From Verrucomicrobiota bacterium (lineage in GTDB: Bacteria > Verrucomicrobiota > Verrucomicrobiia > Limisphaerales > AAA164-E04), in the NCBI GenBank assembly GCA_047947115.1, contig CP170459.1, forward strand, positions 2,432,001 through 2,496,000: a stretch of DNA of 64,000 bases. Direction: 5' to 3'. Shown here in pieces: positions 41,071 to 51,065 of the stretch; the first letter of the stretch is position 1, and each line of letters starts with the position of its first letter. Both the position numbers and the translations under genes were made by a program. The notes below the pieces were generated by a model. The model was not told where the DNA came from. It saw nothing but the letters and a program-made list of their open reading frames with translations, and made no database searches.

Positions 41071-44000
41071 TCATTCCGTGAAAAGGATCTGGCCCCAGTT
41101 CTTCGGTTCCATCTTCAGCTCGAAGACTTCATCGTTCACCAGCCCGGTTGCCTGGTTGTTCCAGTAGGTGCGGAGGAGGGTATCGTCGCCGGCGGGCGTG
41201 CCGTGGGTGGCCCCGAAATCGCCGGAGAGCTTCATCCCTGCGAAAGGCTTCAGGCCAAGCGTGGAGAGGGGCACCCCGATCTCGACCACGCACCACCGAT
41301 CGCCCTTCTTTACCTCGATCTTCGCGTCCTGCAGCTCCACGACGCTGTCCATCACGTAATTGCTGACCACGCCGGAGCTGAAGGTCCTGGGGTTCTTCTG
41401 CTCGGCGATCTTGCGATACAGCACCGCCGTCGGCTTGCCCCGGAAATTTCCGATGGAGAGGCGGAGATCGCCCTTGGCCGCCTCGGCGCGGTTCTCATCG
41501 GCCTCGGGATCGGTGCCGAGCTGGAAATCCACCGTATCGCCCCGGGCGTACATGAATACCGGCGAGTCCGCACCGTTGGTCCACGGCGTCGCATCCGCCA
41601 CGCGCCAGCCGAGGTAAAGAAAGGTTTCGTCCCAGGCAATGGCCGATCGGACTTCGGCATCATCCTGTTTCTTGAAAACGATTTCCTTGCCAAAATCCTT
41701 CGCAAGATCGCCCGTGAAGACCGGCGTCTGCTTCCGGACCTCGCAGCGGCGCAGGCCGGCGCTGCGCTGCACCAGCTCGCTGCGAATCGCCTCGGCGAGC
41801 TTCAGGTCTTTCTCCTCGAGGCGGAGCGTGCCGGAGCCGAGCGGCTTGACGGTTTCGAGACCGACGACTTCGACATTCCAGTTCGCAGTCTTGCCGGCGG
41901 TCACGTAGAGCTTGCCGTCCTTGCCCTGGGTGATGCTGCCGCCGAAATCCTCGCCCCCTTCGCCGGACGGCACGTGATCGAGCACTGCCCCCGGCACTGC
42001 CCTTTCGGGCCATTGCACTTTCGAGAAGTCGCCCTGGAACAGGCGCGTCAGGTAGAACCCGTCGCGCGTGAGCATGTGCCACTCGCCGACGTTCGAGTTG
42101 ATCACCCACGCGCTGCCGACGGGATCGGGCAACGTGACGCTGCCCACGGTGCCGAAGGCCCCGCGGATGAGGCCGGCCTGCGGCCCCGGTGCGTTGTGCG
42201 AGCCGTGCACGCCATGGAACGTGTTCGGATAGCTCCACCGCAGCTTGCCGGAGGCCACGTCGTAGCAGTTGAAGAGCTGCTTCTCGGAGTCGCACGATAG
42301 CACGAGGTCGTTAGCTGGCGACGGCATCGGCCCTTCGAGAGGAGGCAGGAAGTGCAGGTTCGTGGTGTCCCACTTCGGGGCGCCGGAGGGAGTGAAGCCG
42401 GCCAGCCTGATGCGGGCGCCACGGTCCCACCGGTTGGCCTTCGGGTCGAGCACGCCCGCGTAGAGCGTGAGGTCGGTGTTCAGCCCCAACGACCAGTTGA
42501 GGTAGCCATTGAACGACATCAGCATCGGCACCACGGTCTTCTCCCCGTCCTGCTTCTGCTGGTCGCCGTTCTCATCGGACCAGAACACGGTGGTCTTGTC
42601 CTTGTCGTTGCGGCCGAAGGTCGCCCGGAGGGCGTAGGCGCCGTCGCCGAGGCGTTCCCAGACGTGCGTGTCGGTGCCGAGCGTGGCCGCGAGGTAGAGC
42701 TTGCCATTCGTGCCGCGGCAGAAGCGGGCGAAGTTGTGGAACAGGCTGTTCCAGTCCCGGCCCTCTCCGTTCTCAAAGGTGCCGAGGCATTGGGCAAGCC
42801 CGGTGGCGGGATCGAGCCGCCATTCGCAGGCTTCGCCGACCATCAGGTTCGGATCGTCCGGGTTGATCGCTCCGCCGCTGGCACCATAGTGAGTGGAGCC
42901 GAAGAACTCGCGGACGAACGTGCCGGTCTGGTTGTTCCACACGCTGAACCGTTTTGGGAAGAAACCGGCTTCAGCCACCCACAGGTTTCCTTCACGGTCA
43001 ACTGCCAGTCCGTGGATGTTGATCATACCCTCCTTGACCCAGGGCCCGGTGCGAGGCCTGCCGCCCTGCTTCCCGATCGCCAGGGCAGGCTTGCCGTCGG
43101 GCGTAAACACCTTGATCTGCGCGCTCGGCTCGCCTTCGCCCACATAGATTCGACCGCCAGCATCGACCGCAAGGCACTTGGCGTCGATCAGTCGGGTCAG
43201 CACCGGCTTTACCGCGCCGGTTGCGGGGTCCACGGCGGCCACCGAATCGGTGCCGGAAAGGACGTAGAGGAGCGAGTCGCTCACCGCGGCGATGCCGCTG
43301 GGCGCGGGCACGGGGATGGTCTTGAGCACTTTGCCGTTCTCTGCGTCGAGTACGGCGACGAAATCGCTTTTCATAACGGCAACTTCCTGCGGGAAGGAAG
43401 CCTCGATCTTGCGGCGCACCGCGGCCTGCAGCTTCAGCGAAGCCATTTCGGCCCCGCCGTCGACGAGCGTCTTGTCGTTGAGCATGCCGTTGATGGTCCC
43501 GGCAACGGCGTCGCGGACGTCCGGCGTGTAGTAGTTGGGCGCAGCGAGCGCCTTGTCTTCCGGCTCGGTGCCAGCCAGCCAGGCTGCGGCACGCTCGCGG
43601 ACGTTCTTGTCGACCTTCTCCCAGATCGCCTTGCCGATACCGTCGCCCGCGGCGGAGAGCTTGGTGAGGAACGCGCGCCAATTGGTTACATCGCTCCTGC
43701 GGAAATTGTAGGAGCGGAAGGTGAGGTAGAGTTTGCCGTTGCGGGCCGCCATCGCCTCAGCCTTGTCGGGCATGCCGGGCTGGTCCTTCCAGAGATCCTT
43801 CACGAAGAGATCTCTGAATCCGCCATCGTTTGCGTCGTCCCAGTTCTGATAGGAGCCGGTGGCAGTGTCGAGGCGGAAGAGCACCTGCGGGCTGCCGGAG
43901 CTGTTGCCGACATAGACGAGGTCGCCCTCAACTGCCAGCAGTTCGGCGCCGCCGAAGCCGCCGTATTTGTGTTTCCAGCGGACGTTGCCGTCGAGGTCGC

Positions 44001-45201
44001 AGGCGAGCAGGCCGCGGCCGGCCTCGGCGGCTCCCCAGCCAAGGTAAACGGAATCGCCTTGTGCGGCACTGGTCCAGGGCACGCCGAGGTCGCCGCCCCA
44101 GTTCGAGGTGGGGCCGCTGTGCCAGGGTGCGTTGCCGCTGTTGCCCGCCCAGCCTCGCAGGCGCAGGCCGATGCCCGTGTGCCAGATGGCCTGCCAGGTG
44201 TAGTCGCCGGCGGGCAGCACCGCGCCGGGCGTGCGCCAGATCGGCGTGGCCAGGCCGTCCCACGTCACCGTGTGCTCGCCCTTGGCCATCGGCTCGGCAT
44301 TGAGGAGATTCCGCACCACGACGCCGTCGGCGTTGCGGAGGAGCATCGATACGTAGCCGTCCTCGGGCATGGTGAACTTGATCGGCTTGAAGCCCTTCGG
44401 CCCCTCGCTGAGGGCTGACCAGTCAACCACCGGCTGACCTTGCTGCAGCGACACCGGCAACTTGCGGCCGTCGGCCAGGTGCAGCATCCGGGGCTTCATC
44501 TTCCCGGAGCGCTCGAAGGTCGCCGGGCCGAACTGGTCGAGCTTGCGCGTGCCCCAATAGGTACGTTCCGGCACCACTCCGGGCATGAAACAGTCCCATG
44601 CATGCAGACTCCAGCCAAACGGGAGGACGAACATCACTCTAATCTCGCTGCCGGGTCCGAGGGTGACACCTTCGCTTGTAATCATCTTCAGGGGAATCCG
44701 GATCTCCTGCGTATAGCCTTTGCCGTCCGGGTTGTTGAGAAACACCTGCTCCGCGCCCATCTGCTTCGGGTCACGCGCGCTCTGAAGAGGTGGCTCGAAA
44801 TTGAGCGTGATCGATTCCTTCCCGTCCAGGTCGCGCCCGCAGGTCAGGTTGGGCTGAAGCTGCTGCGGTGTGCCGGGCGCCGTGAGCATGTGCATCCGCA
44901 GCGTGCTGCCGGCGGGGCGTCGGTCGTTATGACGGAAGCTGCCTGTGACGCGCGCAAGCACGTAGAGATTATCCTGGTCGTACATCGCATGAAGCCACGC
45001 GCTGTGGCGGTCACGCTGCTCCTCCACGTTCTCGCAGGCGAAGATGCCACCGGTGAGGTCCCAGTCGTCGAATCTGCCGTCGATGACGACCTTGCCCGGC
45101 GCCGGCAACACGGAAATGCCGTAGTTCTCGGTTTGCGTGCCCGCAAATGCGGGCATCGCAAGCAGGCCGCAGACGGTGAGGAGGTTGAAAATAGTTTTCA
45201 T
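41071..45201 (-). CDS. Large secreted protein: CBM9/DOMON-like, FlgD-Ig, beta-propeller, CBM9/DOMON-like
   Basis: VIDGRFDDWD, GVVVRNLL...GEHTVTWDG...GDYTW, NHL-like AVDAGGRIYV/IKVFTPDG repeats; paralog of 55136-59266. Confidence 0.8.
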   Translation of the reverse strand: MKTIFNLLTVCGLLAMPAFAGTQTENYGISVLPAPGKVVIDGRFDDWDLTGGIFACENVEEQRDRHSAWLHAMYDQDNLYVLARVTGSFRHNDRRPAGSTLRMHMLTAPGTPQQLQPNLTCGRDLDGKESITLNFEPPLQSARDPKQMGAEQVFLNNPDGKGYTQEIRIPLKMITSEGVTLGPGSEIRVMFVLPFGWSLHAWDCFMPGVVPERTYWGTRKLDQFGPATFERSGKMKPRMLHLADGRKLPVSLQQGQPVVDWSALSEGPKGFKPIKFTMPEDGYVSMLLRNADGVVVRNLLNAEPMAKGEHTVTWDGLATPIWRTPGAVLPAGDYTWQAIWHTGIGLRLRGWAGNSGNAPWHSGPTSNWGGDLGVPWTSAAQGDSVYLGWGAAEAGRGLLACDLDGNVRWKHKYGGFGGAELLAVEGDLVYVGNSSGSPQVLFRLDTATGSYQNWDDANDGGFRDLFVKDLWKDQPGMPDKAEAMAARNGKLYLTFRSYNFRRSDVTNWRAFLTKLSAAGDGIGKAIWEKVDKNVRERAAAWLAGTEPEDKALAAPNYYTPDVRDAVAGTINGMLNDKTLVDGGAEMASLKLQAAVRRKIEASFPQEVAVMKSDFVAVLDAENGKVLKTIPVPAPSGIAAVSDSLLYVLSGTDSVAAVDPATGAVKPVLTRLIDAKCLAVDAGGRIYVGEGEPSAQIKVFTPDGKPALAIGKQGGRPRTGPWVKEGMINIHGLAVDREGNLWVAEAGFFPKRFSVWNNQTGTFVREFFGSTHYGASGGAINPDDPNLMVGEACEWRLDPATGLAQCLGTFENGEGRDWNSLFHNFARFCRGTNGKLYLAATLGTDTHVWERLGDGAYALRATFGRNDKDKTTVFWSDENGDQQKQDGEKTVVPMLMSFNGYLNWSLGLNTDLTLYAGVLDPKANRWDRGARIRLAGFTPSGAPKWDTTNLHFLPPLEGPMPSPANDLVLSCDSEKQLFNCYDVASGKLRWSYPNTFHGVHGSHNAPGPQAGLIRGAFGTVGSVTLPDPVGSAWVINSNVGEWHMLTRDGFYLTRLFQGDFSKVQWPERAVPGAVLDHVPSGEGGEDFGGSITQGKDGKLYVTAGKTANWNVEVVGLETVKPLGSGTLRLEEKDLKLAEAIRSELVQRSAGLRRCEVRKQTPVFTGDLAKDFGKEIVFKKQDDAEVRSAIAWDETFLYLGWRVADATPWTNGADSPVFMYARGDTVDFQLGTDPEADENRAEAAKGDLRLSIGNFRGKPTAVLYRKIAEQKNPRTFSSGVVSNYVMDSVVELQDAKIEVKKGDRWCVVEIGVPLSTLGLKPFAGMKLSGDFGATHGTPAGDDTLLRTYWNNQATGLVNDEVFELKMEPKNWGQILFTE

Positions 45202-45224
45202 AGAAGGTCTCACTGAGTTATGAA

Positions 45225-47180
45225 TTATTGAGGCTTCACCGAGGATCCAAAATCGGGTGTGCTCTCAAGCAAGGCTTCGGTTAGTTGATAGCAGACCACG
45301 GTATCCAACCCGCGAATGTAGAGCCTGCCGTTGGCAAGGGTTGGCTGTTGGGTGTGATGGATTTCCAACCCGTGGCGCACCCGGCCGAGTTCCTTGTAGC
45401 CCGCCTTGTTCGCTTCCGCCATCACAAGCTCACCGGCTTTGGTCAGGCCGAAGATCAACCCGTCGGCGATGATGAGTTGCTGTTTTGTGTCCCAGTCCCG
45501 GCGCTCGAATTGCTCCCACATCAGTTCGCCGGTCGCGAGGTCGGCGCATTGCAGCCGAAACGAACCAAATCCATAAACGGCACCGTCATGAATGGCCGGC
45601 GTATTGAACCAATTCACCTGGACCCTGGAACTCTGATACAAGATGTCTGCCAAATACTGTCCCTCACGCTTCTTGAGCTCAATACACATGGAGAATCTGT
45701 TTTCTCCGCTGCACAGAAACACCCGATTGGATACCGCCACCGCCGAAGCCATCAACCCGTGGCCCATCACGCGGGGGATCGTCCACAGTATGGAACCGTC
45801 CTTTACGCTGACGCCTATGATCTCTTCGTTGCCCAGACCGTAAATCAACTGCCCCTCACCGTCGAGTTCAAGATAGGTCGGCGACGCGCCGGCATACGGC
45901 GCACCGCCATGCTTGGGCTGCCGTTCTTTTCCGGTCCACAGGACTTTTCCGGAAACCTTATCCAACGCCATCAGAATGTCCTTCTCGATTTGCGGCAGGA
46001 CAAAAAGGGTTCCGCCGATCACGAGCGGCGTCGAAAATCCGTTCACAAAGGGGATGTCTCCACCACTGCGCCACAGTTCCTTGCCATCGCTTACCCGAAG
46101 ACAGACCAACGGGCAGATCTCATTGGGGCCTTTTTGATCAGGCTTACCTCCCTCCCTACTGACTCGCTGATAGGGGATGTAGTACACGCGGTCTTCATCA
46201 ACCAGCGGCGAGGCGACGGTTCCCCACCAGTGAGCCGGCAGCATGTATTCGGGCGCGAGTTCCGTCTTCCAGATGATTCTCCCGGTTTTCGCGTCCACGC
46301 AGTACGCCCACTGTTTGCCGTCGAGTTGCCCCGTTGCAAATGCCCGGCCGCCTGATTCCACGGTCACGCCGATGGAGGGTCCGGTTTTCAGCCGCCAAAG
46401 ATCTTTGGGGCCGTCTTTAGGCCAGGTTCGCAGTAACCCAGCCGCGTTGAACACCGTATTCCCGTCAACGGGAATGAACCGATTCAGATCGGTATTGCGC
46501 GCCTCGATCGTTCTCGTAAAAGTTACCTTCAAGGGCGGAAGGGCATCCCACGCCTGCTCGGCCGTCAGCGTGTCGGTCGAAATGGTTATCTCCTGACCCT
46601 GCTCACAGGATTTCGTTCCTTCTTTTCCGTCCAGGACATACGAAACGAGCATGATTTTCCCCGCCCCGCTGCTTGGATCCCCCGCCCCGTGGTCCGAAGC
46701 CACAATTGTCATTTTGTTGTTGGCGATCGCTGCATTGCACGGTTCGGTTACGTCCACCCATCCCTCTCGTTTACCGTATATGGCGAACTTGATCCCCAAT
46801 CCCGTGGCCGGCAATGGCTTGCTCGCGCCTAGAACCGCAACTCCTTTCACCCAATCCGCGCCCGGGGTAGCAACCCCCAATTCATCACCGGCAATCGCCG
46901 ACAGCTCGATCGTTTGCTGCGTGCCGTCCAGAACATATTCCACCACAATTTTATCATTCCCGGCATCCACGCCCAAAAACGCGCTGGTCGCGACAATCAC
47001 CAACCGGTTATCCTTGACCCTGGCCGCCAGCACCTTGGTGACATCCACTTTCCCGGCCAGAGCCTTGGTAATCGTCAAGCCCGCGGTCGGAATGGCAGCC
47101 CGCTCCTCCGCCATGGCCGTCGATGCCACGAGACATATCACGGCCATCGTTGAGAGAATTCCTCGTGTTGCGTTAGTCAT
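45225..47180 (-). CDS. Secreted PQQ-like (BamB-type) beta-propeller with two N-terminal lectin-like repeats
   Basis: DAKTGRIIW, ASPLVD, SDGKELW, RLYIRG; repeated VDVT...D...YVLDG module. Confidence 0.8.
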   Translation of the reverse strand: MTNATRGILSTMAVICLVASTAMAEERAAIPTAGLTITKALAGKVDVTKVLAARVKDNRLVIVATSAFLGVDAGNDKIVVEYVLDGTQQTIELSAIAGDELGVATPGADWVKGVAVLGASKPLPATGLGIKFAIYGKREGWVDVTEPCNAAIANNKMTIVASDHGAGDPSSGAGKIMLVSYVLDGKEGTKSCEQGQEITISTDTLTAEQAWDALPPLKVTFTRTIEARNTDLNRFIPVDGNTVFNAAGLLRTWPKDGPKDLWRLKTGPSIGVTVESGGRAFATGQLDGKQWAYCVDAKTGRIIWKTELAPEYMLPAHWWGTVASPLVDEDRVYYIPYQRVSREGGKPDQKGPNEICPLVCLRVSDGKELWRSGGDIPFVNGFSTPLVIGGTLFVLPQIEKDILMALDKVSGKVLWTGKERQPKHGGAPYAGASPTYLELDGEGQLIYGLGNEEIIGVSVKDGSILWTIPRVMGHGLMASAVAVSNRVFLCSGENRFSMCIELKKREGQYLADILYQSSRVQVNWFNTPAIHDGAVYGFGSFRLQCADLATGELMWEQFERRDWDTKQQLIIADGLIFGLTKAGELVMAEANKAGYKELGRVRHGLEIHHTQQPTLANGRLYIRGLDTVVCYQLTEALLESTPDFGSSVKPQ

Positions 47181-47190
47181 TGTCTGTTTT

Positions 47191-47218
47191 GGTTCGTGGT
47201 TCTGGGTTCTTGGTTCTG
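47191..47218. repeat. Degenerate heptamer tandem repeat (GGTTCKK x4)
   Basis: GGTTCGT GGTTCTG GGTTCTT GGTTCTG in the intergenic spacer. Confidence 0.75.
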
Positions 47219-47221
47219 GGC

Positions 47222-48421
47222 TCAATAGTCCGCCACCGAACCATCCGGATTCTTCTGGCCGGGCCATTTGAACTTCGTCGGATCAATCTTCGCGAGCGCC
47301 GCTTCATCGACCTCGACGCCCAGCCCCGGTCCCTGTGGCAGCGAGGAGTCGCCATTCTTGTCCACCTCCCAACTTTTCTTGAGTGTGCCGCCGCAGTCAT
47401 TGGAGTAGTATTCGTGAATGAGAAACAGCGGGATGGACGCCGCGACATGAAAGCTCGCCGCAATGCCTATGAACGACGCAATCGAATGAGGAGCGAGCGG
47501 CACCGTGTAAGTCTCCGCCAGCACTGCCACCTTCTTCATCTGCGTGATGCCGCCGCCATGCGCGCAATCGTGCTGGATGATGTCGATACAGCGCTCCTGC
47601 AAATACGGGATCACCTCCCAGATCGTCCGGTCACGCTCGCCCGAAGCCAGCGGCACATTGACGGACTGCTTGATGCGCTTGAACACTTCGATGTTTCCCG
47701 GCACCGCCGGTTCCTCGATCCACAACACGTCGTAAGGCTCGATGGCATTGGCGAACTGGATCAACATCGGCGGCGGCAGACAACAATGCGCGTCAAACAT
47801 CACCGTGCCGTCCTTGCCCACCCGTTCCCGCGCTTCCTTGACCGCCTTCACCAGCGGCTCGATGTCGGCGGGATTGCCGGACGCAGGACGCGGTCCACCG
47901 GCGGGGACCTTGTAAGCCTTGGGCGTGGGATAAACGCGGATTCTGTCGCGTGTCGGGCCACCCATCAGTCGATAAACCGGCACGCCATGCAGTTTGCCGG
48001 TGATGTCCCACAGCGCCATGTCGATGCCCGCAATCGTGTGCAGCATGAAGGCGCCGCCACGATAATCCCGGTGCGCGCGATACAATTTCTGCCAGAGATG
48101 CTCGATGCGCGTTGGGTTCTCGCCGTCGAGCAGTTCAAACATTGACTGCATGAGCGGCCCCGCGACCGTCGGCGGCAATTGCGAAATCTCGCCCCAACCG
48201 AAGATCTGTTGGTTGGTTTCGATTTTCAAAAGCGTCTTGCTGCCGACAGGGTAGGTCTTGAAGCCGGTGATCTTGATCGACGACGCACGGTCGCCAACAT
48301 CAGCCGCAGGGTTGTCGGCCGCTGACACTTCGTTCAGCAGCAGCATACCGGCCGCAGTCGCACCGGCCGATGCGAGCAGATCGCGGCGGCTGATGCCCTG
48401 GCGTTTGGGTTGTGAGGTCAT
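47222..48421 (-). CDS. Mandelate racemase/enolase-superfamily acid-sugar dehydratase (galactonate-dehydratase-like) with Tat signal
   Basis: SRRDLL, GWGE, AGIDMALWDITGK, metal ligands in FDAH/WIEEP/SGER, APH, PGLG. Confidence 0.9.
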   Translation of the reverse strand: MTSQPKRQGISRRDLLASAGATAAGMLLLNEVSAADNPAADVGDRASSIKITGFKTYPVGSKTLLKIETNQQIFGWGEISQLPPTVAGPLMQSMFELLDGENPTRIEHLWQKLYRAHRDYRGGAFMLHTIAGIDMALWDITGKLHGVPVYRLMGGPTRDRIRVYPTPKAYKVPAGGPRPASGNPADIEPLVKAVKEARERVGKDGTVMFDAHCCLPPPMLIQFANAIEPYDVLWIEEPAVPGNIEVFKRIKQSVNVPLASGERDRTIWEVIPYLQERCIDIIQHDCAHGGGITQMKKVAVLAETYTVPLAPHSIASFIGIAASFHVAASIPLFLIHEYYSNDCGGTLKKSWEVDKNGDSSLPQGPGLGVEVDEAALAKIDPTKFKWPGQKNPDGSVADY

Positions 48422-48456
48422 GTTCTTAGTTCTTAGTTCTTAGTTCTTAGTTCTTG
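48422..48456. repeat. Heptamer tandem repeat (GTTCTTA x4 + GTTCTTG)
   Basis: Directly abuts the dehydratase start codon. Confidence 0.9.
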
Positions 48457-48502
48457 GTCAGATGGAGAGTTTTTTGAGTTGGGTCTGGCGGGCGCGGCGC
48501 GA

Positions 48503-49603
48503 TCAGGGTCGGCCAACGGTGAGGAGGTCGGAAATCTCTGCGTCCCACGAGAGGCTTACTGCTTTTTCCAAATTGCCGTCGGTGGTGATTCGGTAGCCCG
48601 TGAGGGTCGCCCCATTGTAGGCGGAAACGAGGAGATACTTGCCGTCTGGAGACAGCGCCAGCCCCCACGGAATTTTGTCCGCCGGTGTCAGCCCGAGCAA
48701 CTCGGCCTGGCCGTCGTCTTTCACCCGGTAGCGGGCGATTCGATCAAAGTCCTGACTGTGTCCGCGCAATCCGGCGAAGATGAACTTACCGTCCGGTGTG
48801 ATCTCCAGGTCGGACGCACTGAGGCCCTCCTTCGACATTCCCTCCGGCAGGATCGGAATGTCCTGCTTCAGAACAAGCTGACCGTCGGACCGCCGCTCGT
48901 AGGTGGAGAGGCCGATGCCTTGCTCGTTGGAGAAATAGACCATCGGCAACCTGGGGTGATAGACGAGGTGGCGCGGGCCAGTGCCGACCGGGGGATTCGC
49001 ATTGACCGGAGTGAGCGGCGTGATCATCCCCGAGGTCGCATCGAAGCGGTATTGGAAAAGAGCCAGATTGCCCTTCACATAGGGGATGTAGAGATGCTGG
49101 TTGTCGGGCGAAATGAGGACGCAGTGGGCTTCCTTCTTGCCCTCATCAATCGTCGCCACGGCTTTACCGGGCAGGCCGTCTTCTCCGAGGCGGTAGGCAT
49201 TGAGCCGCCCGTTTCCATAGCTGACACCGAAAAGAAACGCACCGCTGCGATCGAGACTGAGGTAGGCGGCATCGTCATTCAGGTCCACGCGCTGATGGCT
49301 CGCATAGGTGCCGTTTTTCGCCAACGTCACCACCGCACCGGGCACCTTACCCCGTTCTCCGCCGCCGCCCGCGATGTAGAGCAGCGGTTTCTTCGGGTGC
49401 GCGGCGATGACTCGACCGTTGAATCCCAGCTCCCGCTTTTCGGCCAGTTTGAGTTCCAATCCACCGTCCTCCCTGGGAAGGGCGTCAACGATCCAAAGGG
49501 TTTGCGTCTTGCTGGCAGGCGCATAGACGCGAAAGGCTTCAGCGGCGAGGCTCGTGGCAGACATGCCGATGCCAAGCAGGGCGGTAATGAAATGGAGTTT
49601 CAT
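48503..49603 (-). CDS. Secreted lactonase (6-phosphogluconolactonase/cycloisomerase-2 family)
   Basis: EAHCV, GPRHLVYHP, SNE, TPDGKF, SPDGKY; signal peptide from ATG 49603. Confidence 0.9.
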   Translation of the reverse strand: MKLHFITALLGIGMSATSLAAEAFRVYAPASKTQTLWIVDALPREDGGLELKLAEKRELGFNGRVIAAHPKKPLLYIAGGGGERGKVPGAVVTLAKNGTYASHQRVDLNDDAAYLSLDRSGAFLFGVSYGNGRLNAYRLGEDGLPGKAVATIDEGKKEAHCVLISPDNQHLYIPYVKGNLALFQYRFDATSGMITPLTPVNANPPVGTGPRHLVYHPRLPMVYFSNEQGIGLSTYERRSDGQLVLKQDIPILPEGMSKEGLSASDLEITPDGKFIFAGLRGHSQDFDRIARYRVKDDGQAELLGLTPADKIPWGLALSPDGKYLLVSAYNGATLTGYRITTDGNLEKAVSLSWDAEISDLLTVGRP

Positions 49604-49756
49604 GTTCTTGGTTCTTTGGATTGCGTGTGCGCTTGGCCAAGCGCCTCCACTTCTTCGCGGTCTGCGAACTGCACATCGGCCCCTGTCGCGAATACAAGCA
49701 GTTGCCGCGCGAGGAAAAGACAGCAGGACGATGAGAAGCCTGAGGCTGGGTTTCAT
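49600..49756 (-). pseudogene. Collapsed relic of a DUF1592-family gene
   Basis: Signal-peptide start MKPSLRLLIVLLS joined out of frame to DUF1585-like FLARQLLVFATGADVQFADREEVE. Confidence 0.5.
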
Positions 49757-49777
49757 GGCGGTGGATAAATGTGGGTA

Positions 49778-51028
49778 TTACTCGCGCCCGTGGAACCGCT
49801 CTTCCAGCGGCAGCGCGATGACTTTCCACGTGGCAGGATAAAAGCGGATGATGCGGCGCGGGCGATAACCTTCCAGCATCATGCCGCATTTCACCTGGAT
49901 CTGCACACCACTGCTGCCGGGCTCAATGGGCACGTTTTTGATGTCGAGAATGTTGCCGCCTTTCCGATCATTTACGGGATCGTAGGTCATGAGGCTTTCG
50001 CGTGCGACGGCGATGCCGCCCTTCGGCGCTTTCGGATCATCTTCAGGAAAGGAAAACGGCCAGCCCTGCCGCTCTTCGTTGATGCCTTTCAACTCGTCGA
50101 ACAGCTTCGGATCAACCCCGCCGAAGAACGTGATGGTGACGATTTGCTTCGCGTCGTCCACGGCGTTGATCCAGCCGGGCAAACCGCGCTCGCGGATGTG
50201 GTTGCGATGGCGTTCGAGTTGGTTCGCGGTAGCGAGGGCGCGGGCCGGTTGATCAAGCCAGACGTCGGTGATGCGCCCCGGACCGTAGAGTGTCGCCCAG
50301 GTGAGATTGAAGAGCACGGACTGTCCCGGCTGGATCGCTTTGAGATCCGCAATCGTGTTGGCCTCTAACACACGCGTGCTGGTGAGCAGATCGAAGAGTT
50401 TCGGCGGGCCGCTGGGCTGGCCGTTATCCTGCAGTGTGGCCGTGAGCTTCTTCGCATCGAGGTCCGCGCTGTCGATCTTCCAGAGCTGCTTCTGCCCTCC
50501 ATAGAACGAGAAATCGTCCTCGATGCGGAAGCAGCGGCGAAATTCCCAGTCAGGTGTCTTGCGGCCGTTAGCGTTGTAGGGCAGTGGAGTCTTGTCGTCG
50601 GGATCGCTCTGGTAAAACAAGCCGTGCAGATGCGTGCCGAGCGGGATGTCCTGCAACGCCGCCGGTGCCCCCTGATACCAGATGGAGCCATACGGCAGCA
50701 TGGTCGCATCCAGCGGCAAGTCCACAATGCCGGCATCCTGGCTGTCATTGCGGTCCACCCGCATCTGGAATCGACGTTCCAGGTGATCGACATCGATGAG
50801 TTCACCCGAGACGGCGTGCGCGGAGCCCTCCGGCGGGAACTGCCCTTCGACGAGCTGAAACCACTCCGGCTTGTCGCCGGGCTTTCGGTCTTTGGGGTTC
50901 GTGCGTTTCTCGCCCGACTGCACCGGGCCATCGGCATCGGTGCGGAACTTGGGTTTGTCCTCGGCATGGAGGAGCGACGCCGCGAGGCATAGGGCGACGA
51001 GAAGGCGCATGGAAAATTCAGCCATCAT
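49778..51028 (-). CDS. Secreted hypothetical protein
   Basis: 416-aa ORF, signal peptide, GC-rich codon usage, co-oriented with DUF1552. Confidence 0.75.
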   Translation of the reverse strand: MMAEFSMRLLVALCLAASLLHAEDKPKFRTDADGPVQSGEKRTNPKDRKPGDKPEWFQLVEGQFPPEGSAHAVSGELIDVDHLERRFQMRVDRNDSQDAGIVDLPLDATMLPYGSIWYQGAPAALQDIPLGTHLHGLFYQSDPDDKTPLPYNANGRKTPDWEFRRCFRIEDDFSFYGGQKQLWKIDSADLDAKKLTATLQDNGQPSGPPKLFDLLTSTRVLEANTIADLKAIQPGQSVLFNLTWATLYGPGRITDVWLDQPARALATANQLERHRNHIRERGLPGWINAVDDAKQIVTITFFGGVDPKLFDELKGINEERQGWPFSFPEDDPKAPKGGIAVARESLMTYDPVNDRKGGNILDIKNVPIEPGSSGVQIQVKCGMMLEGYRPRRIIRFYPATWKVIALPLEERFHGRE

Positions 51029-51065
51029 CTTTCTGATTTCAGTTTTTTAATTCACCTTGCGTGGA

